From: a virus
Reading direction: 5' to 3' (one strand)
IMG/VR virus record: IMGVR_UViG_3300034200_001443
Span: 32,001 to 96,000 of that record
Length of the DNA: 64,000 nt
Of the stretch, positions 20,079 to 31,600 are shown piece after piece. A model generated the notes under the pieces. That model did not search any database, was not told where the DNA came from, and worked only from the letters and a program-made list of their open reading frames with translations. Both the position numbers and the translations under genes were made by a program. How positions within the stretch are numbered: the first letter of the stretch is position 1; the number at the start of each line of letters is the position of its first letter.

Positions 20079-23000
20079 TTAGGTAAGTAAGCGAAGAAGC
20101 TTTGCCATCTGGGAAGATATTTCTGATTGATTATAGAGATCGCTACCTGAAATAAACTTCTTCAAACCCTCTGTTGCTTCGTCAGCATCTTCTTGACCAA
20201 TCTTGTCCTCTACACGAGTAATCATGTCTTTCATGAGGTCTCTAAGAGCTGGAGGAACGTCTGAGAAGCGAATCTTTTCTGCATCTTCACCGAAGGCAAA
20301 AGGTAGGTTAGCAATAACCTTTCCAAGCTCTCCAGCGCTAATTCGAACGTTCTCTAAAGCTTCAGCATTTAGTGCTCCAGAGTCCAATCGGTCAATAATT
20401 CCGAGTAAATCTCCTGCTGCTTTAGCTGCTCCAGCGTAATCGCCAGTGCTATCAAAGTTTTCAGCTTCTGCAATTTTATCTAGGACACGGTCTAAACCAG
20501 ATGTTCCAAGATCCTGCTTGATACGGGCTAATACCTGACGGAACTTGCCTGAGGCATCACGAGGTTGAGTTTCAGGGGTGTATTTAGCACGGCCATCTTC
20601 ATCACGAGAGATACCATCATTTTCTTGATCTTTACGAGCTTTTGCTTCAGTTTTTAATGCTTCAATTTCTTCATCTGTAAGGTCAGCAATCTCTTCTTCT
20701 ATAGGATCTTCAGCAAATTCTTGTGTTGAAAAAACTGCTTCTGAATTCATAGAAGCTGCTGCAAAAGTTGCTCGAGTTTTCATAGTCTCGACAATTTCAT
20801 CTAAATTAGAGGCTGCACCTTTCCAACTTTCTGGAATGATTTCTTCTCTATTAAGACCAATAGCACGTTTCATGATATGACGTTTTACCTTGCCACGGCT
20901 TCCTGGCCTTGAGCGACCATAAGCACGGATAGCATTTTTTAAATCCTGAGGATTGCGGATAGGAAAGGATCCATCTGGAAGTGCTTTTCCTTCTTCAGCA
21001 AGACGCATACGAGTCTTACGAGAGATAACTCCCATTTCATTTTCTGGGTCATCATCGAACATCTCGGTCATATAGTCATAATCGAGATCCGAGTCTACTT
21101 TTATTTTTGAAACTTTTGCAGCAATTAAAGCTTTTTGCTCTGATAATTGTGCATTTTGAAAAGCTTGAATACGAGAACGAGCATCATTTGCTGAAGCAAC
21201 TAAAGCTTCTTTTTGTGGACGCTCTAAAGCTTCAAGACGACCCTTCATTTCTAAAAGTGGATCGCTTTTTAGTTGTGCAAGAACACTTGCTCCAGCAGCA
21301 ACAAGAGCCATAACAGATCCTGATGCAACACGAGCACGAGCAATTGGGAATCCTGGAACATTTACCTGACATACAGCAACTAGTTCTAAAGAATTTTTAA
21401 TTGGGCGCCAGTCACCAGATGGTGCTGATGCACGAAGTGCACGAATTTGTTCTGGTGTAGATCCTGGACGAACTGATCCAGCTACCCAAATACCATAGGC
21501 ATCTTCTCCAGCATGTACATCTGCAATTGCAGACGCTGTGTCGTCGTAGTGACGAACTGCTTCAGAGGCTGATGCTTCTAGTGATGCGTGTCCCCCCGCA
21601 AGAGTTAATTGCCCTACTGGTACATCTGTACCATCATCTGTACGAACTACACCTGTGTGAAAATATGCATACTTGCTACGACTGCGTGGAGGCTTGGTTC
21701 CCATACTCATGCCGATATGATCAACATTCCAAGCTGCGATATGACCGAATACACGACCATCATCATCAACAGTGAGTGGTGTTGCAGTTGTTAATTTTGG
21801 ATCGTTAAACCACTCTTTTGGTGGATTAACTGGAATTGCACCTGCGATCATTCCGCAAGCAACAAGAGCCGAAGCATCGAGAGGGTTTACTCCTTCGACA
21901 TATACGCCGTCAGGGATATTCACTTCTTCCTCTTCTCCGCCGAGCTCATCGGCGAGTTGAATTGAGCATTCTTGGAAAGCTGGCTTCGGCACCAAAGTCA
22001 CAGCCATGACTCGTGCTTTCTTGATCTTTATTTTACCGCTTTCTACCTTGGTGTCAGAAGTTTCTTTAACCTCTTGAACCTCTTCGTCACCCTCAAATTG
22101 ATCGAGATCTGCCGAAACTCCACGAATAAAGCCACCACGAACTAGTCGTTCAGCTTCTTGTCCATATGCGCCTTTATCAAAGTAGCCTTTAGCATTTCCT
22201 ATTCCGCCATCTACTCTTTCCATTACAACAATTTTTCCAACTACAACCGACCCATTATGGCCTTCTCCTGTTTGAATTTGCCATAAAAGAGGCAGTGGAA
22301 GATCTCTTATAGAAAGAGCATCTTTAACAATAACTCTGCCATCTCCAGACTCGACTTCTTCTGGGATAACTAGAGGAATATAGAACTCTGACCCTTGGTC
22401 ATAATCCATGTCGCCACCAGCGGTCATAACTCTAGCTTTAGCATCTGCTGCTCTAGCACGCATAATAAAAGTGCTCAAAAGTTCATCATAATTATGCAAA
22501 GTATCGACACTAAATGATGTCATTTCACGATTCTTTTTATCGCCTGGCCAGTAACCATTTGCTTCTTTATGACGAAGAGCGCAGTAGCCCTTTGCACGAG
22601 GTCCCATGTATTTAGCTAATTGACGATAGCAACGGGTCCAGTCTCCTGGAGTTCTCCAACGAATTTTTGCTGCACCTTTACCGTATAACCAATAACGACG
22701 AAGCTTTTCTGCTTGACCGCGGTTACGATCTAGTCCTCCAGCAGCAGTCATTGACTCGCCTTTGTTGTCTACTTGCTCTAAAACGTCAACAAGAGTTTTG
22801 TCATCTAAGACAACCACTGGTGGAGGTGTTGCACTACGAAGATCATTTAATATCTGGGAATCAAGTATCCATTTACCATCTTTACGAGTGTAGGTAGCTG
22901 GTTCAATTGTTTTATTAGATGCAGGTACAAGAGCAACTAAATCCATAACAGCTTGCGGGTCATCTGGTGAAACTATTGCCATATGAAGAATAGGCACATC

Positions 23001-24851
23001 TGAAGTTTCAGGAGTCATTGCTTTTTCTTCTCCAGCAGAAGCTTTTAGAGGACGACCTTTAGAGTCAAGTTTAGGAGATTTAATTCCTCGTTCTTCAGTA
23101 ATTTTTTTTGTTTTTTCTGGATCTACAAAAGGATTATATTTACGACGAGTATCTGGTCCAGATTCAAGCCAAGGCTTAAGTATAGGAAGGTTGTATGCAT
23201 TTACTTCCTTAGTCCAATTAGTAAACTTTTCTGGGTAATACTTGTATAAAGGATTGTCTTTAGAAACTTCTTTTTCTACGTTTTGAGGTTGTTGAGGAAC
23301 TGCAGTTTGAGGAGTAGCTCTTAAATTAGAACTTGCAGGTGCTTGAGTTGGTTGTGGATCTGGAGACAGTCTTTGATCTGAAACCCATTGAGGATAATTA
23401 GTTAGCATTAAATTTAAATTTTGTGCGTTTAGTGAAGGAAGAGTTCCTGGCATACGGATAGGTGAATCCATAGGAGTACGAGGCTCACCAAGAATTCCAG
23501 ATGTATCTAATTCTCCTTCTGCAACTGAAGTAGGAATAGGAACGTATGACTCTGCTGGTTCCGTCATATTTGCAGCAATACTAATTAAATTTCCGTTATC
23601 AAGTTCTACTTGAGCAGTTTGTGTTTTAGCGTCAAGAGCACGAATGTTTCCTTGATATTCAGGACGGCCACCGATAATTACACGGCCACCCATCTTTGCA
23701 AACTTACCTGTTTTATCCCTTAACTGAGCAGATGCTTTTTGAGAGCGTTCTTCTGGAGTATAAATACCATCACCTTCACCAGAACTTGGAGTCTCTCCTG
23801 CAGCAGTTAAGCTGTCATCAAAGGAGTCCCATGAATCAGACATTTCATCTTGAAAAGCTAGATCATCTAACAAATCCATATCAATATCTGGGTAGGCTTC
23901 TTGATAAATTTTGCTTTCTTCTGGGTATAGCTTTTCTACCTTATGTGCAATAAATGGTTCGTTGTCGATAAGTGCTGCAATAAAAAGTGCAGTTTCTGTA
24001 TCTACTGGAACGTGTCCACAAGGTGTTTTATCGTTAGGGTTATCAAGAATTTTGTCGTACATAGACATATCAGCGTCTGGCATACCCATATCTTCCCAGT
24101 CGCCATCGTCCCACACATAAATGTGCCCTGCTGGTTCAATTCGATATAAGCGATCAATGCCAGATCCGTCTAAGCGAATACGAGCAAAAAACTCAATAAC
24201 ATTGTCTTCAGGCATTGTCTTTGAAACAATAAAAGAATCGTAATTAATTCTTTTTGGCATTTCAAAATCCATAGGATCTAATCCGCCAGCAGTAATTGAA
24301 TTTGATTTAGCCTTTTTATTTTCACGGTTTACAATTGCAGTAGCCCAAGACTTAGCCGCATCCCCACCCCAAAGAGCCCAAGCGATGCGGCCATTTGATG
24401 GGTAATTCTTTTGTCCCGGCTTGTAGCCAGTTCCCTTTTTATCTACTTCATGACGTGGGAAGTATTTGGCAATGTGTCGGACTTTTCTAATTCCGATTTG
24501 GCCACCCCGAGCAAGCGTGCGAGCGGTATTAAGCCCAACTGATGTTCCTCCTCTATCTTCTTCTTTGCGCCACTCAAGGCCGCGCTTTGCCTCAGCAACT
24601 ACTGAGTCAGGAATCGTATACATACGATCATTATTTGAAAAAACTTTAATATCTAAATTTGTAAGAGCTGCTGCTGCAAGTTCTACAGATGCTCCACTTG
24701 GACGGTTATTTTCTGAATCCCAATTAACTGCTGCAATAAGAGGCTCTTTAACGTCTAAAGCAACAACAAGGTTTTTTGACTCGTCTACTACAGCACCAAA
24801 AGTTTCAGATATGAAGAGAAATCTAGAGCCGTTACGACCAACGTAATCCAT
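20079..24851 (-). CDS. Multi-module prohead (capsid maturation) protease fusion, about 1590 aa
   Basis: Protease core ESGDGR..LPLPLLWQ..GH..VVGKI..GVSADLD..TLVPKPAF; GRVFGHIAAW..HYDDT..GIWVAG domain; extra small head modules. Start at the TAATG overlap (24851). Confidence 0.85.
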   Translation of the reverse strand: MDYVGRNGSRFLFISETFGAVVDESKNLVVALDVKEPLIAAVNWDSENNRPSGASVELAAAALTNLDIKVFSNNDRMYTIPDSVVAEAKRGLEWRKEEDRGGTSVGLNTARTLARGGQIGIRKVRHIAKYFPRHEVDKKGTGYKPGQKNYPSNGRIAWALWGGDAAKSWATAIVNRENKKAKSNSITAGGLDPMDFEMPKRINYDSFIVSKTMPEDNVIEFFARIRLDGSGIDRLYRIEPAGHIYVWDDGDWEDMGMPDADMSMYDKILDNPNDKTPCGHVPVDTETALFIAALIDNEPFIAHKVEKLYPEESKIYQEAYPDIDMDLLDDLAFQDEMSDSWDSFDDSLTAAGETPSSGEGDGIYTPEERSQKASAQLRDKTGKFAKMGGRVIIGGRPEYQGNIRALDAKTQTAQVELDNGNLISIAANMTEPAESYVPIPTSVAEGELDTSGILGEPRTPMDSPIRMPGTLPSLNAQNLNLMLTNYPQWVSDQRLSPDPQPTQAPASSNLRATPQTAVPQQPQNVEKEVSKDNPLYKYYPEKFTNWTKEVNAYNLPILKPWLESGPDTRRKYNPFVDPEKTKKITEERGIKSPKLDSKGRPLKASAGEEKAMTPETSDVPILHMAIVSPDDPQAVMDLVALVPASNKTIEPATYTRKDGKWILDSQILNDLRSATPPPVVVLDDKTLVDVLEQVDNKGESMTAAGGLDRNRGQAEKLRRYWLYGKGAAKIRWRTPGDWTRCYRQLAKYMGPRAKGYCALRHKEANGYWPGDKKNREMTSFSVDTLHNYDELLSTFIMRARAADAKARVMTAGGDMDYDQGSEFYIPLVIPEEVESGDGRVIVKDALSIRDLPLPLLWQIQTGEGHNGSVVVGKIVVMERVDGGIGNAKGYFDKGAYGQEAERLVRGGFIRGVSADLDQFEGDEEVQEVKETSDTKVESGKIKIKKARVMAVTLVPKPAFQECSIQLADELGGEEEEVNIPDGVYVEGVNPLDASALVACGMIAGAIPVNPPKEWFNDPKLTTATPLTVDDDGRVFGHIAAWNVDHIGMSMGTKPPRSRSKYAYFHTGVVRTDDGTDVPVGQLTLAGGHASLEASASEAVRHYDDTASAIADVHAGEDAYGIWVAGSVRPGSTPEQIRALRASAPSGDWRPIKNSLELVAVCQVNVPGFPIARARVASGSVMALVAAGASVLAQLKSDPLLEMKGRLEALERPQKEALVASANDARSRIQAFQNAQLSEQKALIAAKVSKIKVDSDLDYDYMTEMFDDDPENEMGVISRKTRMRLAEEGKALPDGSFPIRNPQDLKNAIRAYGRSRPGSRGKVKRHIMKRAIGLNREEIIPESWKGAASNLDEIVETMKTRATFAAASMNSEAVFSTQEFAEDPIEEEIADLTDEEIEALKTEAKARKDQENDGISRDEDGRAKYTPETQPRDASGKFRQVLARIKQDLGTSGLDRVLDKIAEAENFDSTGDYAGAAKAAGDLLGIIDRLDSGALNAEALENVRISAGELGKVIANLPFAFGEDAEKIRFSDVPPALRDLMKDMITRVEDKIGQEDADEATEGLKKFISGSDLYNQSEISSQMAKLLRLLT

Positions 24852-25561
24852 TATTTGCTCTCCTCTGTAACTGGTCCACCAGCGACCCATGCACGACATG
24901 TGCGGGATGCAGCGCATTTAAAGTCGAATGCTTCACAATACCCTAAATCTCCAGCTTCGATTGAGCCCCAAGCATCATTTCCTTCTTCATTTCCAAGCCC
25001 AGAAGCAATACAATCCAGCATCCTTGGGGTCTGAATAAACACGGCACAATTGCCGCAAAGTTGTTTCTTTGCAGTCTCTTTATCGACAGACCATTCATCT
25101 GCAATTGCTTCCCAATACTCATCGTTTGGTTCTAGAGGATTAAGGGGTCCATACATAGCGGTGTCAATAGCGTTTTTACGGTTATCAAGATTAATGCCAA
25201 TATCTTGAGTAGCTGGAGGGCATCCTTCAGATGTCTCAACAGCTGCTGTCATCGATCTACCTTCGATAGAATAAGCTACTTCATACTTTTTAACATTGTC
25301 ATATGTTAAAGGAGTTTTAGTAGCACTGGCATTATCAAACATTTCTGTAACTATTTTGTAGTCTTCTGGGAGAATGTCCATAATAGACATATTTTCCAAA
25401 CTCTCATCGTCTTCGGATAGCAGTTCCCATTGATTGTTTATTCGAGTAAAAATTCCGTAATCTTCTGTATAAAAAATTTGTTGAAGAATAATGTTGTCAC
25501 CATTTGAGTAGACTAATGAGACACCCTCTTTAGGGTACTCTTTAGCGGAAGAGATCTTCAT
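24851..25561 (-). CDS. Head-associated protein with Cys-rich domain
   Basis: CPPATQD..YGPLNP..CGNC..GYC..FKCAASRTC; coupled on both sides. Confidence 0.7.
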   Translation of the reverse strand: MKISSAKEYPKEGVSLVYSNGDNIILQQIFYTEDYGIFTRINNQWELLSEDDESLENMSIMDILPEDYKIVTEMFDNASATKTPLTYDNVKKYEVAYSIEGRSMTAAVETSEGCPPATQDIGINLDNRKNAIDTAMYGPLNPLEPNDEYWEAIADEWSVDKETAKKQLCGNCAVFIQTPRMLDCIASGLGNEEGNDAWGSIEAGDLGYCEAFDFKCAASRTCRAWVAGGPVTEESK

Positions 25562-25686
25562 AGTTCCTCCATTTCGTCTTCATCTGCCTCGACAGCGTTA
25601 GGGTCTGACTCGGCAATATCCATCAACTTTTTATAAGCTGCGGCAACGAGCTCAGCATACTTTTCTTTATCTGACTTAGTAACCAT
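25558..25686 (-). CDS. 42-aa micro-ORF (MVTKSDKEKYAELVAAAYKKLM...)
   Basis: Manual translation; TAATG overlap with the giant gene stop and ATGA overlap with the next start. Confidence 0.7.
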   Translation of the reverse strand: MVTKSDKEKYAELVAAAYKKLMDIAESDPNAVEADEDEMEEL

Positions 25687-28600
25687 TATACAGTCCTTTC
25701 ATCTTTGTTTTCAGGTTCAGCTTTTTTCTCTGCAGCAATCTCTTCTCCAGTTTTACCTTCACTTCCAACTCCGCTGCCAATTGGATTGCCGTCTTCATCG
25801 ACAGGACCTTCTGGCTCTTCTTGCTTTCCAAGCATATGGTCAACTGCTCTTTGAGCTTGTTTTGCTGCTTTAACGATCATCTGTGGATTATTTTTTACAG
25901 CTGGTAGCCAAGACTTGGCATATGCTGCAACGTTTTCGAAGTCAATTTTTACACCAAGACGACCTGCAACAAGTGCAACGGTAATTTCTGCAATAAGCTC
26001 TTCTTCACCACGGCTTTCTAAGTGCTTTCCATAATTGTCCAGAAGTTCTGTTCTATCCAAACGTGACCTATGACCAGTGCTATGCGCTAATTCGTGAACA
26101 AGAGTTTCAAAGAATGATTGCTCAGACTTGAACTGCTCACGTTGTGGAAGCTTAATAATGTCATCTATAGGGCTATAGAAAGCTTGATCTTGAGCTACAA
26201 ATAGAATTTCTGGCTTGTCTTTGTATGCTTCAAGAATTGCTGTTTCGCCTTCTGTAACTGGAATTGGTTCTCCCTTTACAATTGCTGGAAGATCAATATT
26301 CTCAGCTTGCTCTACGTTAAAGACTGTACGAATTGTAGGTGGTCGATAGACACGAACTTTTTCTTTTGTACCGTCTGGCTTTTCAACCTCTTTAAATATT
26401 TGTGGCCAGTGGATAACTTGAGTTCCCTTTTCACCACGACGAATATTTCCGCCAAGTTTTTCTGCTTTATTGTATGTAAGGAATCTGTTGTCTGTCCAGC
26501 CATTCTTTTCCATAGCTGCCCATAAAACAAGGATGTTTGATCCTTCATAAGTTTTACCTGTAGCAACGCTAGTTGGAAGGAATCCTCCACCAGTCCAAGG
26601 CTTTTGCCATGGGACAGTTCCTCTTTCGATTGCTTCAATAATTGCATTAGCAACTTTTTCAACAGCTGGATCAATTTTTTCAGCTGTTTTAACAGTGCTT
26701 TCATTAAACTCATCTTCAGTTACTTTTTCAGTAGGAAGAGCCATTCCCATAGCTGTTTCTACGGCAGTTGGCTTCTTTGGAGACTCGTCTTCATCTTCAG
26801 TGTATTCTTTAATCCAATTAAGTGGACCTGGATCTAACTTTTTCTGTGCACGAGTAAGTGCAACATATGCAAGACGAAGTTCCTCGTCTACTGGCATTTC
26901 AAGTTCGCCAGTTTTTTTGTTTGTACGAGGACCCCAGAAGTCATCAAAAATACGAACGTTGTTCCACTGTAAGCCCTTTGACTTATGTGCAGTGGTTACA
27001 ATTACATCAATTTCATCTTCTTCTTCACCTGCATCAGGTGCAAAACCTCCTACACCTCTGCGTAGGTCATTAATAGCTTTTTGACGATCTAAATCGTCTT
27101 CAACTTCTTTAAACCACTGCTTACCTGTCGCATCCCAACGGAAATTTTGATCTTTAATTTTGTCCTTACCTTTAAATGTTCCATTACCAGAAAGACGAAT
27201 TGCTTTATCTTTAACTTCATAATTAATACCTTCTCCAATAGAACCCTTAGCTCCATCTTCAGCTTGATCTAAAGTAATCTTCTTAAAATCAGATGATGGT
27301 TTTAGGTCTTTCTTTTCAGACTCAGGTGTAGCAACCTTTACTCTGCTAAGAATATCTTTAATAGATCCAATTCCATTTTGTACAACTAAATCGTATAGGG
27401 CTTTTACTTTTCTACCTTCGCCCTTTTCAACAGCTTCTTTTACCTCAGACCAATTTTTAAATTCTGCAAGATCTGGGTGCATTGTTGGCTTTTTAAACTT
27501 TGTCTGGTCTCCTATAAGCCATGAAGCACTAAGAACAAGGCTTTCTAATTCGTCTTTTGTTCCTTTTGTAATTCCAACAACCTTGCCAGCATCAAGAAGT
27601 TCAATCATTGCTCGGAATCCACCAGAGTTAGTACGGGTGATTACAACATCTGGATCTTCCATTCCATCTACTACTTCACCTTTTGACCCAGAACCTTCAA
27701 CGCGGTACTTAGAATCAAGTTGAGTAAGGAAGCGATTTGCCATTCCAGCAATTTCAGGGCCAAAACGGAAAGATTGAGTTAGTGGAAGATCCCATTTAGC
27801 TGTTGTCCTATCTAACTGGTCTTCTGCTCCACGGAATGCATAGATTGCTTGGTTTCCATCGCCAACATAAACTTTTTGAATAGTTTGATCGGCAATAACC
27901 TTTGCAATAACTGGGTTAATGTCTTGAGCTTCATCAAAAAAGATTACATCTGCTGGAGTTTTCATTCCAGAGCCAATAGAACCTAAATCTGGATTGCTTA
28001 ACGCCCAAATTTTTGTAATGTGAGCATTGTTGATACCAAATACTCCTGCAGGACTGTTTAGATCGTCCCAATAAGCATTGGCATACTCTACAAATGAGCG
28101 AGGAACTTCATCAAGCTCTTCTGTAAAATGTTTAGCACCAAGCTCATCGTCTGCGCTAATTGAAAAGTTATTAACTGCTTGCTTAATTATTGCTGGGATT
28201 TCTCGTGAAGAAAGACTTACTTCTACACCCTTAAGTTTTACACCAGTTGGTTTGATTCCAAGCTCGTCTGCAATATCTTCAGCACGAAGCTTCATATTTG
28301 CAGTTTTACCCTTTTGGTTTAAAAATTTTTGACGAATATCGTTGCTTACACCTTGGAAAGCAATTGAATCACCTGTGCGTGATTCAACATTTTTAGGCAT
28401 CTTGCCTTCTGCTTCCATCTGTACTGTTTTGTTAAATGCAATATAAACAATCTTTTTCTTAGGTTGTTCCTCAAGAAGTCGACGAGCAGCAAGTGTGAGT
28501 GTGCTTGTTTTACCTGTACCAGCTAAGGCACGAACAACGACGTTATCACCAGTCATAATTGCTGTAACTACATTTCGTTGCTCGGCTGTAGGAGGGAATT

Positions 28601-31600
28601 TTTCTCCTGCATATTCGTAGTTATCTTCTGGAAGAGCGTTAGGAACAGCTGAACCTTCTTCAGAAAGCGGTGCCATGTCATAAACTTCAGCTCCCATGTC
28701 TGGAAGTGCCATACCCATTGGAGTTTCTGGAGTATCTTCAGGTTTTCTCCAAACCTTTACCTTATCTGTTAAAAGGTAAACGTCGCCGCCGCCTCCTCTA
28801 GAACCTCTAGTTTTTTTGCCAGTATAAACTTTGTCGTCTCTAATCATCATCTTATGAATCGTAGTTTTTCCACTAGGGTCTAGCTTGTCTCCAGGCTTAA
28901 GATCCTTTGCATCAACTATTGATGAAACTAAACCTCTGGTAGTAGGACCTTCTGGAATAGACATTCCCATTCCCATATCTTCCACACCAGAAGAAAGGAT
29001 GTTATCTCCATCATCAAGGTTAAATACTTCTAAGCTGCTAGCACTAACATTTTCTCTTCTCTTAGTGTCATCATATCTGACCTTGAGATAATTTTTGTAT
29101 TTATTTTTTCCGTACTCTTCCCAGAAAACCGACACTGTTCCAGTTCTTCCATTTTTAACGTTTCTAACTCTATCTCCAGCTTTTATGGCTACGTTGTTAG
29201 CGTCTATGTGGAACTTAGAAGAGCCTTCTCGTGCAATAACCTGATCTTTAATTGTTTCGTCAATATTAAGATCCTTAATTGCTTCTTTAACTTTTTTACC
29301 AGACTTAGCTCCAGATGTAATAGTTTCAATAGCATCTGCAACAACTGAAGCCGCTTGAGGGTCTGTAACCTCTTGACCCTTGACTGGCTTTTGTTTTTCT
29401 GAAATTTTTGGAGTAGGGTCGCTTGGTATTGGTTTTGGCAGAATGTCTTTAATATCTTCAGGTTTAATTTTGCCAATAGAAGATCTACGACGAACTACTC
29501 CTCTAAGTACTTTTCCTCTAGCCCAACCAACTCCTGGAGTTGAAGAAGGTTCTACACGTTCTGAAAAAGGTTTTCCATCTCTTAATCTCTTGCGATAAAT
29601 AATAAGTTTGTCAGAGTTTTCTGGGTCAATTTGAATATCTACAACTTCAACTAATCCTGATGTACCTTCAAGAATATCTCCAATTTGTAGTTCGTCAACT
29701 ACAACAGATCCTCCACCATTAACTGCATAGGTATTCTCATCATCAAGTGCCCAAGCTTCGTTAATAATGTCTCCGAATATAGAAACGTGAGCGTAATCTG
29801 TTACTTTATCTGTAGGTCCATCTGAACCAAAGGTTGATGGTGAAACAGCTTCAGGTTGATCTCCTTGGGCTTTAAAGTCAGCTAAATCTTTTTCATATTG
29901 TTCAAGTTTACTTTCATATTCTGCCTTACGCAGTTCTGGCTCAAATTCTCTATTTTCTGGTTTCATTTTCTTAAGAAGATCTTCTAAAACTATTGGAAGA
30001 ACTTCAGAATCTGTCACGGCATTGTGCCACTGCTTATCTTTTGCATCAACTCCAGCCTTCTTTGCAACAGTTACAAGAGAACTACCTCTAGCAACACCTT
30101 TATTAGCAGCATCTATTTCAATAGTGTCAATAACTCCACCGAAAGAATACTCAATTCCAAATTTTTTGGCCCACTTTTCAAAAGTGTTTGTATCAAATTC
30201 TGCGTTATGAGCAACTAAAATTGCGTCTTTTCCAATAAATTCTGCAAATTTACGAAGCTGATCTTCAATGCTTGGTTGAGTAGATAACCACTCGTCATCA
30301 ACTTTTACACCTTTATTGTCAATAACTTTTTCTGGATTTAGAGCTCTATTGCCATTTTCATCAAGGTAAGGCTCTACTATTCTAGTTTTTCCTACATACC
30401 GTTCTTTTGTGTAGTAGTAGTCATCTAGAGGTTGTCCAGGATTCATAAAGAGATCTATTTCGCCAACTTTTTTACCTTTTTCATATAAAGATGCAGCAAG
30501 TTGAATAGGTGCATCTGGATCATCATAATCAAAACGACCAGTGCCTACCGTTTCAAAGTCAAAGTAAACAACTCTTTCGTCTTTAAGAGCTTCCCAAATA
30601 GCAGCGCCATCTTTTAGTTTTGTTAGTTTTTCAGCTGACCCGAAAAATGCTGGTCTGTTTGGACGATCAGGCTTGCTTAAAGCAGGAGATACTGATGGTT
30701 TGTAATCCTTACCTGCTTCTCTGCGGGCTTCTTCAATTTCAGCTCTCTTTTCAAAATATTCTTTGCCCTTTAAAGTTCCATTTGGAATTCTTTCAATTTC
30801 TGGTTTGTCACCAGATTTTGGCATATTAGCTTCAGACTCTCCTCTGATAGCGCTAATTATTGCTCCTTCATTCCAATCATTCTCTTGGATTGTATGTCCA
30901 GGATAGTAACCACGAACAATTGCTTTTATTTCTACTTCGCCATTGTCTGGTCTTACATATTCTCTCGTTTCTTCAAGAACTTCTGTTACAACAAAGAAAC
31001 GTTCTAATTCTTTAGTTTTTTCATTTACGCTAAATGTAATATCTCCTGGTTTAAGGTCCCTAGCTTTAACCGAAACAATAGAAGCTCTAGGAGCTTGAGC
31101 AGTAGATACAGACTCGACGTCTGTTGGAGGAGTCCATGTTGATTTACGACGATCCAACTCTTCATCGTATTTGGCTCTTGCTTCATTGTAGCCTGGGCTA
31201 TCCCCTCTAAAATCTTCACGCTTTGGTTGACGAAGTTCTGGTAAGTCTCCCTTTTCTGGAGGAGTTGCACCACGATAAACATCAAACAATGTGTCATCTG
31301 CCCAAAGCTTGCTTGATTGTTCAACAGATCCTGGGTAGTAGCCGCTAACAATTGATGCTGGTACTTCTACGCCTTTAACTGTCTTCTTATACCCACCTTC
31401 AACATTTGTAATTGTGAAGAAATCATTGACAGTTACATCGCCTGGTTGAAGATCTGCGCCACGAACTGAGGTCTTAATTGGCTTTGAAGCTTCTGGAGTT
31501 ACTTCTTCAGTTGTAGAAGTTTCTTCAGTAGGAACCTCTACTGACTCTGCTGGTCTCTCACCAAGAACAATTTCATCAATTATTCTGGTAACTTCATCTA

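Noticed and set aside
28850-31480. Intein/Hint domain suggested by DL.PGD motifs in the giant protein
   Set aside because: No N-terminal C/S block A, TxxH block or HN-[C/S/T] junction is visible; small beta-barrel repeats fit better.
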